From: Candidatus Heimdallarchaeum aukensis | GTDB lineage: Archaea > Asgardarchaeota > Heimdallarchaeia > Heimdallarchaeales > Heimdallarchaeaceae | Length of the DNA stretch: 64,000 nucleotides | Reading direction: 5' to 3' | Assembly (NCBI GenBank): GCA_021513695.1 | Contig: CP084166.1 | Span: 320,001-384,000, forward strand | In this document: in pieces, positions 1 to 9,803 of the stretch | Position numbering within the stretch: the stretch's first letter is position 1 | Layout: every line of letters starts with the position of its first letter | Notes under the pieces: model-generated | Seen by the model: the letters and a program-made list of their open reading frames with translations, nothing else | Database searches by the model: none | Told to the model about the DNA's origin: nothing | Translations under genes and position numbers: made by a program

Positions 1-88
1 AGGTTTCAGAAAAATAGGATTTGTTTCAATCTTAACTCTGGCTTTTAGTCTTGCTTTTGTAATTATTCAACTTAACTATGTAAGTAAA

Positions 89-808
89 ATGTCACATGGT
101 ATAAGTCTTTATTTAGTATATCTAGTAGGGAATATTCTTTCTTTATTGTTTTTAGCTCTAATTTATTTTGCTTTTCTATACTTAAGTGGAAAGATAAATA
201 AAATAGAGAAAAGTAAAGAAAATACTATATTTAGCACAGTAACGATAATTGCAGTAGTGTTAATATTCTTCGATATTGGATTATTTTTAGGTCAATTTTT
301 ACTTAGCTTTTCCAATATGCAATTTTCTAATATATTATCCATTATTTATGTTATTTTTTACATTATTTTGTTACTAAGTTCTTTTTTTGTATATATCTTC
401 TTTCCTCTTTCAATAAATAAAATGAATAGTAAAATGGAAATTGGAGTAATTACCTGGCCAATTGTTATATATGCAATTGTTAATTCAATTGGAGTAATGA
501 TAAGAATAATAGCACAAGTTTTCATTGTTTTACAAATTACTCCTATGGCTGTATTTACAAGTATTCTCTATTCTATCTTTCAATTTATAAATCTGGCTGT
601 TGAATTAATGTTTATTATAAGCATGTTTTTTGTAGCTAACAATGCTCAAATTTCTTCATTACATCAAGTACCACAATATGTTCCTTCTGCATATTCAGGG
701 CCTGTAGATAAATCTAAACAACCAACATTTTGTCCTTTTTGTGGAGCACAAAATTCTCCTGATTCAAAGTTTTGTATAAACTGTGGAAAGAAGATAGATT
801 CGAATTAG
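89..808 (+). CDS. polytopic membrane protein with C-terminal zinc-ribbon (CPFCG...CINCG)
   Basis: Several hydrophobic helices followed by a soluble tail containing two CxxC pairs (FCPFCGAQNSPDSKFCINCGKK) typical of a zinc ribbon; no family recognised. Confidence 0.4.
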   Translation: MSHGISLYLVYLVGNILSLLFLALIYFAFLYLSGKINKIEKSKENTIFSTVTIIAVVLIFFDIGLFLGQFLLSFSNMQFSNILSIIYVIFYIILLLSSFFVYIFFPLSINKMNSKMEIGVITWPIVIYAIVNSIGVMIRIIAQVFIVLQITPMAVFTSILYSIFQFINLAVELMFIISMFFVANNAQISSLHQVPQYVPSAYSGPVDKSKQPTFCPFCGAQNSPDSKFCINCGKKIDSN

Positions 809-943
809 TTTATCCTTAATTTCTCTTTTCTTAAATGAGGAGTAACAAACAAAAGTAAAGAATGTTTCGTCTTATTTCCTTCTTTACTGCTTTTTCTCTG
901 CATTATTTATTTCTAGTTTATATATGAATTTCATTATTATTTA

Positions 944-1609
944 TTGGGATTACTTGGGGTTGGAACTTTGCTAGGGCCACAATATTTAGAATTTATAAAT
1001 TTATATGTAAAAATAATATTACTCTCAATAATTGTTAGAGGGATAATTTTTCTCTTACCGGAAAAAGGGTACTACTTTTTTAAAGTGGTTGGAATGATTT
1101 TTCGTTATCCAATCAAAAGACTATTCTATTTTCTTTATGGCGTAGAAGTTTATCATATTGACTGGGAAAAAGTAGAGATTGAAACAAATAAGGTAAAAGA
1201 TTTTGATTGTTTATTCACAACAAATATTGTTGTACCATTTATTTTTCTGAGTACACTTTCCAGTTTCTTGTTATCATATGGTAGTGGATTATTTGAACAA
1301 GGATATTATTGGTTAGGTGGTATACTTTACTCTATTGGAATTATTATGGTTAGTTTTAGCATTCCTGACACAAACGAGGTAAAAATAGTTTTTGATTCTA
1401 ATTTTCAATCAAGTGTAAAATTTTTATTTAAAATAAGTGCTATTGCTGCTGCCTTATTATTAATAAACAAATTTTATCCCAGCATACCTTTTTGGATCTC
1501 GTTGCTTATTTTATGTTTTATTATCGTTGTTCCCTTATACCATTATCATGGAAATAAAAATAAAGAAAAAGAAAGAAAAATTGTAATCACTACTGATCCT
1601 TTCTTTTAG
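944..1609 (+). CDS. hypothetical integral membrane protein (TTG start as given in ORF track)
   Basis: Hydrophobic helices throughout, ends KNKEKERK; first in-frame start is TTG, so start uncertain. Confidence 0.3.
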   Translation: MGLLGVGTLLGPQYLEFINLYVKIILLSIIVRGIIFLLPEKGYYFFKVVGMIFRYPIKRLFYFLYGVEVYHIDWEKVEIETNKVKDFDCLFTTNIVVPFIFLSTLSSFLLSYGSGLFEQGYYWLGGILYSIGIIMVSFSIPDTNEVKIVFDSNFQSSVKFLFKISAIAAALLLINKFYPSIPFWISLLILCFIIVVPLYHYHGNKNKEKERKIVITTDPFF

Positions 1610-1612
1610 TTC

Positions 1613-3235
1613 CTAAACTTTTTTTACTTTTTTAATAATTAAGAAAGTTATACTAGAAACTATTATTAACCCTCCAAGAATAATTCCTAAATATAATCCC
1701 CAGTTTGTATTTTCATTTTCATTTTCTGTTTCAGTTTGTGAGACTTCGTAGTTAGGTTCAATACCCAACTCTTTTATTTCTTCTACACTTAAGAATGTTA
1801 AAGTTATTTCGTTATTTCTTGATGAAATTTCAGAAGAACTATTTTCAACTTTTATTGTCCAATCATATGTTTTTAGTTCTGTTGGGGTAAAGTTTAAGGT
1901 GAACGTTTTAGTTTTTCCTACATCTAATTTATCTATAGTTTCATTTGTTTTTTCACCAAAAGGATTAGTAAACTCAATTGTAATAGTATCGTTTAAGTTA
2001 TCTGTTCCTATGTTGCTAATTGAAACATCAAAATAAACTGTTTCATTAACTAAAACTTGTTTGAATGTTTGAATGTTATCAATTCGGAGATCTACACCAT
2101 CTATTTTGTTAATAGTAATACTATCCATAATAGAATAATCTGTTCTGACAGCCCGAAAGTCAATTTGATTGGGAGTTGCTTGGATGATTGTTGCGTGATT
2201 TACAGCTTCAGAGTAAATAGATTCTGGAATAATATATTCGTCAATAACTTTGTAGGTTGGTGCTCCTGCTCCTCCTGTAATCACATAAGTTATATTATTT
2301 TTTTCCAGTCTTTCGTAAAAATGTTCATGTCCCATAAAAACTAGATCAACATTATATTTTTCGAAGATAGGTACAAAAGTTTCATTAACATCTTGATAAT
2401 CTCCACTATGGTATCTGCTTCCAGAAGAAAAAGGTGGACGGTGCATCAAAATTACCTTCCATTTACCTTCTTCTACTTGTGAAAGATCATTTTCTAACCA
2501 TGCTGCTTGTTCGTCAAAAGTACCACCATAATATGGCGCACCAGTATGAAGAGCAGAGAAATGTATTGGTCCATAATCAAAAGAGTAGTATTCTTCTTTT
2601 CCAGGTAATTCAAACATTTTGTAATAATTAGAATGATTCTTTTCATGATTGCCAAGAATTGGCATAAATGGGCTTATTGAAATGAGTGGGTAAAAATCTG
2701 CAAACCAATTATACCATTGGTTCTTCTCTTTTCCACTATCTACTAAATCTCCTGTAAAGACGCTAAAATCAGGTTGCATATAATATACTGTTTCTATTAC
2801 TTTTCTCCTATCATCACGTAAAGAACGAGAGTCCCCCCAAGCTACAAATCTAGCGTATTTACCATTATTTCCTGTTTTGAAAGTAAAATCTTTTGTCCAT
2901 TTATAGTCTTCTATACCATTATAAATTCTATAATGGTAGATTGTATCAGGTTCAAGGTCTGTTAACTCAACATGATGGTATATCCCTTCTGTTCCATTAA
3001 CAGTGTTTCCGTATTCAGTGGTTTTTCCATACTCAACAATAGAAGGACCTATATCATTTGTTCTCCAACTAACAACAATTGTAGTAGAGGTGTTGCTTTT
3101 CCAAGAAAGATGAATGTTTCGAGCAAAAGTATCAGGAATGCTATTGGCTGACGAAAGTGAGAGTAAAGGAAGGGTAATTGTAGAACTTAAAAAAACGATT
3201 AAAGTTAGTAAAATAATCTTTTTTCGTATTTTCAT
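1613..3235 (-). CDS. secreted purple-acid-phosphatase-like metallophosphoesterase with C-terminal membrane anchor
   Basis: Signal peptide; calcineurin-like phosphoesterase motif series GDSRS / GDLVD / GNHE / MHRPP / GHEH characteristic of purple acid phosphatases; FN3-like N-terminal region; C-terminal TM helix + KKVKKV tail. ORF track start 3244 (MCYMKIR) or 3235 (MKIRKK). Confidence 0.7.
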   Translation of the reverse strand: MKIRKKIILLTLIVFLSSTITLPLLSLSSANSIPDTFARNIHLSWKSNTSTTIVVSWRTNDIGPSIVEYGKTTEYGNTVNGTEGIYHHVELTDLEPDTIYHYRIYNGIEDYKWTKDFTFKTGNNGKYARFVAWGDSRSLRDDRRKVIETVYYMQPDFSVFTGDLVDSGKEKNQWYNWFADFYPLISISPFMPILGNHEKNHSNYYKMFELPGKEEYYSFDYGPIHFSALHTGAPYYGGTFDEQAAWLENDLSQVEEGKWKVILMHRPPFSSGSRYHSGDYQDVNETFVPIFEKYNVDLVFMGHEHFYERLEKNNITYVITGGAGAPTYKVIDEYIIPESIYSEAVNHATIIQATPNQIDFRAVRTDYSIMDSITINKIDGVDLRIDNIQTFKQVLVNETVYFDVSISNIGTDNLNDTITIEFTNPFGEKTNETIDKLDVGKTKTFTLNFTPTELKTYDWTIKVENSSSEISSRNNEITLTFLSVEEIKELGIEPNYEVSQTETENENENTNWGLYLGIILGGLIIVSSITFLIIKKVKKV

Positions 3236-3281
3236 ATAACACAAAAATTAAAAAAAATATATTAAGTTTTTTAAAAAACAA

Positions 3282-3467
3282 TTATTGTTCAGCTTCTCTC
3301 TTTTTAGCCTCTTTGATCAATTTAGCCGCAGCTAGTTTTCTTCTTAATCTAATATCTTTGATTGTGGTATTAATCTTTCTTAAACCTATGAATATTAGCA
3401 AGAATAAGAAGCCAAAAATTGTCATTGTTATAAGCATTGATATTATTGGATTTAACATGATTGCCAT
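3282..3467 (-). CDS. small single-pass membrane protein with basic C-terminal tail
   Basis: 61 aa, one TM helix then Lys/Arg-rich tail; no homology recognised, could be spurious. Confidence 0.2.
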   Translation of the reverse strand: MAIMLNPIISMLITMTIFGFLFLLIFIGLRKINTTIKDIRLRRKLAAAKLIKEAKKREAEQ

Positions 3468-3597
3468 TATTTCACACCAATTTCAAAAAAGAAGAAGCAT
3501 TTTAAAATATTTCGTTGTATCTCGACTTAATGCTCGTATCTAATAAAAAGAGAATTAATTACATTTAACATCCAAATACTCTATTTCTAGTATTGCA

Positions 3598-4998
3598 TTA
3601 TGTTTGCTTTTGTTTCCTTTTTCTTTTAAAAATTAAGAAAATTAATGTCAAAATTGTAACATCAAAAAATACAACAACTCTAGAAGTGTTTGTCAAAATG
3701 AATTCTGTATTTTCTTGATATATCACCTCATTTAGAATAAAAATATCTTTTGAGTTAGCTTTTCCATCGATTTTATATTTTCGTCCTATTGAATTTGAAG
3801 GATTCCAATAGTTGCCTATTTTTTGATACTCATCATACCATTTGTTATTAGTTCCATCATCATAAGCTTGTGAACTACCTTCTAAATTGTTGTTTATAAA
3901 ATCATTCAAGTAAATAAGAAATTCTGAACTACCTTCGTTTAGAAAAATAGCATAGTTATTATTAGAAATGAAGCTGTTTTTAGTTATTACAATATTATAT
4001 GAATTGTTGGACATGATTCCGATATTATTATCCTTTATTATATTCTCTACAATTCTAAATTCTTCAGAGTTAATAAGCTCAACACCAAATTTGCTTATTT
4101 TTAAAATTGAATTTCTAGTTAAATTTACTTCTGTAGAATCTTTATTGTACAACCCAATTTGTCCTTTTTTAATATTGTTTTTATTAACTTGAACGTTGTA
4201 TGTTTTTAATAGAAATAGTGCAAAATTCTCGTTATTTAGAAAAAAGTTCTCTTCAATAATAATTTCAGAAGATTTGTCCGCAAAAATACCATAACTACTT
4301 AATGAACAGTTATTTTTTTCAAATTGTAAAAATGAGCTCGATGAAACAAAAATTCCTTGTAAATTATTTGTGATCTCATTAGAAAAGATCTCTATCGAAT
4401 GACTCGAAGAAATGACTAAACCAAAGTCTGAGTTACTTTTAAGAACATTATCCTCGACGGATATGCTTTTACAATCGTACAAATATATTCCAGTTCCTCC
4501 TTCATAGAAACCAGAGAAACTTGAAAATACTTTATTATTTTTTATAAGACAATTTTCTCCTCCAAATACCTTTATTCCTAAAAGACAATAGTAGATGTAA
4601 TTATTCTCAATTTGAATACCGTTTGATTTCTCTATGTCAATAGCTATATCACCACATTCTTGTATGGAGTTGTTTAGGATTTTTCCTGTGTTGTTGGCTA
4701 TATTCTCGATAAATATCGCTTTTTTACCACTTGTCAAGAAATTATTTTGTATAATAAAGTACTTAGTTGTGTTTTTTATGTGTATAAGATCAGAAAAATA
4801 ACTAATAGATAAATTTTCAATTAAGTATGGATTGTTCTTACTTCCATTTCCTTTGAAATTGTATTTAGAAAAATCTTCATCACATAGTATTTCTATTTTA
4901 GTTCTTATCACTTCTTGTGACGCTTGTGCTTTAGGTGTGTATCTTAAGTTAGCAATGGTTATTATAATAAAAAAGAAAATTACTACTCTTTTTCTCAT
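3598..4998 (-). CDS. surface protein with right-handed parallel beta-helix repeats, C-terminal TM anchor
   Basis: Signal peptide (IFFFIIITIANL...AQAS), repeated Asn/Ile-rich ~22-aa units (NNxI.., SNEITNN, VEDNVL) typical of pectate-lyase/NosD-like beta-helix, C-terminal TM + FKRKRKQKQT. Confidence 0.55.
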   Translation of the reverse strand: MRKRVVIFFFIIITIANLRYTPKAQASQEVIRTKIEILCDEDFSKYNFKGNGSKNNPYLIENLSISYFSDLIHIKNTTKYFIIQNNFLTSGKKAIFIENIANNTGKILNNSIQECGDIAIDIEKSNGIQIENNYIYYCLLGIKVFGGENCLIKNNKVFSSFSGFYEGGTGIYLYDCKSISVEDNVLKSNSDFGLVISSSHSIEIFSNEITNNLQGIFVSSSSFLQFEKNNCSLSSYGIFADKSSEIIIEENFFLNNENFALFLLKTYNVQVNKNNIKKGQIGLYNKDSTEVNLTRNSILKISKFGVELINSEEFRIVENIIKDNNIGIMSNNSYNIVITKNSFISNNNYAIFLNEGSSEFLIYLNDFINNNLEGSSQAYDDGTNNKWYDEYQKIGNYWNPSNSIGRKYKIDGKANSKDIFILNEVIYQENTEFILTNTSRVVVFFDVTILTLIFLIFKRKRKQKQT

Positions 4999-5164
4999 CT
5001 GTTTTTCTTATTAACTTTATAATTAACATCTATATTTCCCTTTTTATTCTCGATTTGCTATGTGCATATATGCCACACAACAAGTTCTTTAAAAAATAAG
5101 CAGATAGGCACTTAAGGAAGCTATTTCTAGATGTATATATGGGTAGCAAAGGAGAGTCTAAAAC

Positions 5165-6199
5165 TTGAGATATGTAAAATTAAAAAAAGAAAAAATTAGA
5201 GAGTTCTTGCTTGCTCTACAAGACTATGGGGAACTTTATGCACCAATTAAGGTTTCGGAGAAATATTTTGATTTTAGAAGGATTACAAATGAGCAAGTAG
5301 ACGAAGTAGTTTTAGATTACAATCGTACTCTTCGTCCTCCGAGGAGATTTTTCTTTCCTGAAAAAGAAGTATTGTTTACCTTTAACAGCAAAAAAGTAGA
5401 AATGTACGAGAATAAAGAAGCTTTTACTTCTGAACCTGTGGTCTTATTTGGAGTACATGCATGTGATATTGTTGGTTTACGGATAATGGATTCAAGATTT
5501 ATAGATGATCAGCCAGATCCTTATTATCGAGCTAGAAGAGAGAAAGGAATAATTATTGGTATTAGTTGTTTACCTGATGAATACTGTTTTTGTAATGTTC
5601 GAAGAGCTGAGTTTGTAGATAGCGGTTTTGATTTGTTTTTAAGTGAAGTAGAAGATGGTTATGTCATTCGTGTAGGTAGTGTAAAAGGGCATAAGATAAT
5701 TGATGCAACAGAGCATCTTTATGTTAAAGTAACAAAGAAAGATAGTGATGACTTAACTGCTTTTGATGTCAAAAAAAGTAAAATGTTTACAGTTTCTGGA
5801 AATTGGGACTCTTTACGATATACTCTCGAACTAAATGATGAACATCCAGTTATTTGGATGAGAGAAAGTGAAAAGTGTTTGGGGTGTGGAAACTGTACCA
5901 TTACTTGTCCTACTTGTAGATGTTATGATGTAAAAGATTATCCCAACTTAGACGGAGAAACAGGTGTTAGAGTAAGAATATGGGATTCATGCCAATTCAG
6001 AGAACATGGATTAGTTGCAGGAGGACATAATTTTCGACCAACAAAAGAAAGTAGGTTCAAGAACAGATACATGTGCAAAAATGCTTATTGTAAAGAAGTT
6101 ACAACAGCATATTGTGTCGGTTGTGGAAGATGTACGTATTTCTGTCCTGCTGGTATAAATTACAAGCAGAATTTAATTGAAATTAGAGGTGGAATTTAA
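5165..6199 (+). CDS. hydB: sulfhydrogenase (group 3b NiFe hydrogenase) beta subunit, 4Fe-4S protein
   Basis: TTG start giving MRYVKLKKEKIREFLLALQDYGELYAPI, N-terminus close to Pyrococcus-type HydB/AsrA; two ferredoxin-like Cys clusters CLGCGNCTITCPTCRC and CVGCGRCTYFCP. Confidence 0.8.
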   Translation: MRYVKLKKEKIREFLLALQDYGELYAPIKVSEKYFDFRRITNEQVDEVVLDYNRTLRPPRRFFFPEKEVLFTFNSKKVEMYENKEAFTSEPVVLFGVHACDIVGLRIMDSRFIDDQPDPYYRARREKGIIIGISCLPDEYCFCNVRRAEFVDSGFDLFLSEVEDGYVIRVGSVKGHKIIDATEHLYVKVTKKDSDDLTAFDVKKSKMFTVSGNWDSLRYTLELNDEHPVIWMRESEKCLGCGNCTITCPTCRCYDVKDYPNLDGETGVRVRIWDSCQFREHGLVAGGHNFRPTKESRFKNRYMCKNAYCKEVTTAYCVGCGRCTYFCPAGINYKQNLIEIRGGI

Positions 6200-7086
6200 T
6201 GACTGAAGAATCACATAGAAGATACATTCCTGATGGTCAAGATAACTTGTACGATACACATAAATGTAGAGTACTTCGTGTTTATAAGCAAACTGAAATG
6301 GATAAAGTGTTTTTATTCAGGTTCGTAGATCAAGAAGTCGGTAAAAATTGGAAGTTTAAACCAGGGCAATTTGTAGAATTATCTCTACCTGGAATAGGTG
6401 AAGTGCCAATTTCAATATGTTCTTCTGCAATGCGTATTGGATTCTTTCAATTATGTATTAGAAAAGCAGGAAGGGTTACAACGAAGATACATGAGTTGAA
6501 ACCTGGAGATATCGTGGGAATAAGAGGACCTTATGGAAATGGTTTTCCAATGGAGAAATTTTTTGGAAGAAATCTCTTGCTTGTTGCAGCAGGATTAGGA
6601 ATGGCCCCCTTACGTTCTGTTTTCCTATATGCAATAGATAATAGATGGAGATTCGGAGATATAACTATTATTAACTCTGCTAAATATGAAAGAGAACTCT
6701 TATTTGCAAGAGAGTTAGAAGCTATGAGAGATATAGCAGAAGCAGAAAATATACAAATTATTCAGACAGTAACAAGAGAAGACAGTCCTAATAGATTGAA
6801 GGGTAGAGCTTCAGAGCATTTAGATAAAGTAATGATAGATCCAAAGAATAGTACAGTAGCGTTATGTGGTCCTCCAAGAATGTATAAGAGTATGTTTGAA
6901 AAATTAGTTGAAATGAATTATGATCCACGGAGAATATTTGTAACTCTAGAAAGAAGAATGAAGTGTGGAATAGGAAAGTGTGGGCACTGTAATCTCGGAA
7001 ACTCCACTTCTTGGAAATACGCTTGTATTGATGGTCCTGTTTTTGACTACTACGATATCATCAGCACCCCAGGAATGTTAGAATAG
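6199..7086 (+). CDS. hydG: sulfhydrogenase gamma subunit, FAD/NAD(P)-binding oxidoreductase with 2Fe-2S site
   Basis: Ferredoxin-reductase-like fold motifs (RGPYGNGF, LVAAGLGMAP) and C-terminal CGIGKCGHC cluster as in PyrK/HydG/AsrB; start overlaps hydB stop (TAATG). Confidence 0.8.
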   Translation: MTEESHRRYIPDGQDNLYDTHKCRVLRVYKQTEMDKVFLFRFVDQEVGKNWKFKPGQFVELSLPGIGEVPISICSSAMRIGFFQLCIRKAGRVTTKIHELKPGDIVGIRGPYGNGFPMEKFFGRNLLLVAAGLGMAPLRSVFLYAIDNRWRFGDITIINSAKYERELLFARELEAMRDIAEAENIQIIQTVTREDSPNRLKGRASEHLDKVMIDPKNSTVALCGPPRMYKSMFEKLVEMNYDPRRIFVTLERRMKCGIGKCGHCNLGNSTSWKYACIDGPVFDYYDIISTPGMLE

Positions 7087-7097
7087 GAGGAAAAAAA

Positions 7098-7952
7098 ATG
7101 TCGATGAAAACAACAATAATCCCTGAAGATCAGAAGATAGAAATAAAAGAGGAAACTAAAAGAAAACCTACAATTGGAGTTTATGCTTTGACTTCTTGTT
7201 ATGGTTGTCAATTAAAAATAGCTACTGTTTCAAAGATTCTTGAGATTGCTGAAAGTGTAGACATAGAAAGCTTTTACATGTTATCTTCTGATAGCAGTAT
7301 ACATAAGAAAGTCGATATCGCTTTTGTTGAAGGTTCTGTTTCAACAAAGAAAGATTTAGAAGAATTACTCGAGATAAGAAAAAATAGTAAAACTCTAGTG
7401 GGTGTAGGAGCTTGTGCTTTACAGGGCGGTGTCCAAAGCTGGAGTAATGGTATTAAGAGCTATGATGAGCTTTTTGAAAATGTATATGGAAAAAACAAGA
7501 TTGAGATATCAGAAGCTATAGAAGCAAAACCGATAGAAGAATATGTTGAAGTTGATTTTAGATTACCTGGTTGTCCTCCTGAAGAAGAAGAAATAATTTA
7601 TTTCATCTCTACTTTCCTATTTGGTTCATGGCCAGAAGAAAAAGACTATCCTGTATGTCAAGAGTGCAGATTCGCAGGAAATATTTGTTTGCTTATTGAA
7701 AAGAATGAGCCTTGTTTAGGTTCAATAACAACTGCAGGATGCAATGCACGTTGTATCTCATATAATGTTCCTTGTATTGGATGTCGAGGACCTGTACCTA
7801 ACGATGTAGCATGGTTTGATTCTCTAGCAAAAGTCTTTGTAGAGAAAGGATTTACAGAAGAGTATATCAGAGAAAGAATGAAGATCTTCGGTTCTCACCA
7901 TCCTAAATTAGAAGAGTTGTTAGCTAAAGTTTTTGGAGGAGAAAAAAAATGA
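7098..7952 (+). CDS. hydD: [NiFe] hydrogenase small (delta) subunit
   Basis: Nuo20kDa/NiFe small-subunit-like N-terminal Cys ligands (ALTSCYGCQ), C-terminal Cys-rich region (CQECRF, CLGSITTAGCNARC, CIGCRGP); Shine-Dalgarno AGGAGG upstream. Confidence 0.8.
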   Translation: MSMKTTIIPEDQKIEIKEETKRKPTIGVYALTSCYGCQLKIATVSKILEIAESVDIESFYMLSSDSSIHKKVDIAFVEGSVSTKKDLEELLEIRKNSKTLVGVGACALQGGVQSWSNGIKSYDELFENVYGKNKIEISEAIEAKPIEEYVEVDFRLPGCPPEEEEIIYFISTFLFGSWPEEKDYPVCQECRFAGNICLLIEKNEPCLGSITTAGCNARCISYNVPCIGCRGPVPNDVAWFDSLAKVFVEKGFTEEYIRERMKIFGSHHPKLEELLAKVFGGEKK

Positions 7953-9259
7953 CAACAATAAAATTTACACAACCTATAACCGTTGATCATATTGCGAGGA
8001 TTGAAGGAAAGGCAGGAATAGAAGTACAAATTAATGATAAAAAAGAAGTAGAAGTTAAAGTAAATATCTTTGAAGGTCCTCGTCTTTTTGAAAGTATAGT
8101 AATAGGAAAGAGTGTAGAGGAGGCAACAGCGGTATTTCCGAGAGTATGCTCTTTTTGTGCTGCTGCACATAAAATAACAGGATTGCTAGCTGCTGAAGAT
8201 GCTATTGGTTTACAAGTTTCAGAGCAAACAAGCAAAATAAGAGAACTAATGTATATTGGTGATATGATTGAAAGTCATGCTTTACATCTATTTTTACTAG
8301 CTTTACCTGACTTCCTAGGTTATCCAGATGGAATAAGCATGGGCAAAGAACACCCTTCTGTAATTAAAGCAGCTCTTCAACTGAAAGATTTAGGTGCTAT
8401 TATTCAAACAATTACAGGTTCTAGATATATTCATCAAGAGAATGCTTTAATGGGTGGTTTTGGAAAAATACCTACAAAGGCTAAACTAAACGAAATTATT
8501 AAACTCTTACATGATTCTAAAGATGTTTCTACTGTTGCACTTGAGCAATTTGCAAAGTATGAATTGTGGGAAGAAGTAAGTTCAGAGAGACTACATCTAG
8601 CTTTAGAACCAAAAAACGATGTTTATGGAATAATAGGAGAGAAAATAAAAGCAAGTGATGGAACAAGTTTTAATGCCAATGAATACATGAAAAATATAGA
8701 AGAAAGAGTTGTTCCACATTCATTCGCAAAGCATTCAAGTTATAAAGGAAAGAGGTTCACAACAGGAGCTCTATCAAGAATAACTTTGTTCAATTCTTTG
8801 TTAAATGACAAAAGCAAAGAGTTATACAGCAACTATAACAATTTCATTGATGCTAATAATCCACTATCTAACAATATAGCCCAAGCAATTGAATTAAGTT
8901 ATTTCATAGACCGCGCAGAAGAGTTAACTTTAGACATATTAGAGAATTATAAGGATGAGCAGCGTATAAAGCCTACTTTTAAAGAGGGTATAGGTTATGC
9001 CGTAACAGAAGCTCCTAGAGGGTTGCTAGCTTACATGATTAGTGTAAATGACGAGGGTAAAGTAACAAAAGCAGATATCATTACTCCTACTGCAATGTTC
9101 CTAGCACAAAAAGAAGTAGACTTGAAAAAAATGACAGAATCCATGATTGAGAAAGGAGTTGAAGATCCTTCAGAAATAAGTAAGAAATTAGAAACAATAG
9201 TCAGGTCTTATGATCCTTGTGTGTCCTGTAGTGTTCATGTTACTAAATTAAGAAAATAA
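7949..9259 (+). CDS. hydA: [NiFe] hydrogenase large (alpha) subunit, group 3b
   Basis: N-terminal L1 motif RVCSFCAAAH and C-terminal DPCVSCSVH Ni-Fe ligating motif; ATGA overlap with hydD. Confidence 0.85.
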   Translation: MTTIKFTQPITVDHIARIEGKAGIEVQINDKKEVEVKVNIFEGPRLFESIVIGKSVEEATAVFPRVCSFCAAAHKITGLLAAEDAIGLQVSEQTSKIRELMYIGDMIESHALHLFLLALPDFLGYPDGISMGKEHPSVIKAALQLKDLGAIIQTITGSRYIHQENALMGGFGKIPTKAKLNEIIKLLHDSKDVSTVALEQFAKYELWEEVSSERLHLALEPKNDVYGIIGEKIKASDGTSFNANEYMKNIEERVVPHSFAKHSSYKGKRFTTGALSRITLFNSLLNDKSKELYSNYNNFIDANNPLSNNIAQAIELSYFIDRAEELTLDILENYKDEQRIKPTFKEGIGYAVTEAPRGLLAYMISVNDEGKVTKADIITPTAMFLAQKEVDLKKMTESMIEKGVEDPSEISKKLETIVRSYDPCVSCSVHVTKLRK

Positions 9260-9720
9260 TGATTTATATGAACAAAACACTTATTCTTTCCCTTGGTAGT
9301 AGAGTAATGTCAGATGACGCTATTGGACATGTCATTGTTCAAAACCTTCAACAAAAGAAAGTTAAAGCTGATATTATTCAATTAGATACTGATATTTTCA
9401 AATTAAACTTATTTTTTGATAATCATAAAAGAATAATAATCATCGACGCTATTCAAAGCAGTGATTCACCAGGGACAGTTCATGTAATTCCTTTTCATGA
9501 TTTTGAAAAGGAGATCGAAGGAAAAATTAGAGGAAGTCATTTTTTGGACATGAAAGAAGGTTTAGAACTTCTGCGTATAGCTAACTCCAAAATTGCTGAA
9601 GCTGAAATATTTTTAGTAGGTATAGTTATTAAAAAAATTGAACTAGGAACGGATTTAACTCCAGTTTTATTAAAAAAAATTGATGAAGTTTGTAATATTA
9701 TATCTGATCTTATAATATAG
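9259..9720 (+). CDS. hydrogenase maturation endopeptidase (HycI/HoxW family)
   Basis: ~150 aa, N-terminal LGSRVMSDDAIGHVIV matching GxGNxxxxDDGxG protease motif; 1-nt overlap with hydA stop. Confidence 0.6.
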   Translation: MIYMNKTLILSLGSRVMSDDAIGHVIVQNLQQKKVKADIIQLDTDIFKLNLFFDNHKRIIIIDAIQSSDSPGTVHVIPFHDFEKEIEGKIRGSHFLDMKEGLELLRIANSKIAEAEIFLVGIVIKKIELGTDLTPVLLKKIDEVCNIISDLII

Positions 9721-9750
9721 TTCATTAAAGTTTTTTTTGAATTCATATCT
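9721..9750 (+). terminator. oligo-T tract after hydrogenase operon
   Basis: T8 run at 9731-9738 immediately after stop of last operon gene; archaeal intrinsic terminators are oligo-T. Confidence 0.3.
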
Positions 9751-9803
9751 TCATATCTTAATTTTTTAATATATACTTCTGAAATTTAACAAGAGGGCAT
9801 GAT

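Noticed and set aside
2057-2631. ORFs 2057..2344 and 2434..2631 (+) inside the metallophosphatase gene
   Set aside because: Antisense to a well-supported 543-aa gene; AT-rich DNA gives long stop-free antisense frames; no motifs
3313-3543. ORF 3313..3543 (+) overlapping the small - strand ORF 3282..3467
   Set aside because: Both are short hydrophobic translations of an AT-rich spacer between two - strand genes; at most one is real and neither has support; only the - strand one listed at low confidence
7895-8235. ORFs 7895..8170 and 7987..8235 (-) antisense to hydA
   Set aside because: Lie inside the conserved NiFe large-subunit gene; low-complexity translation; spurious
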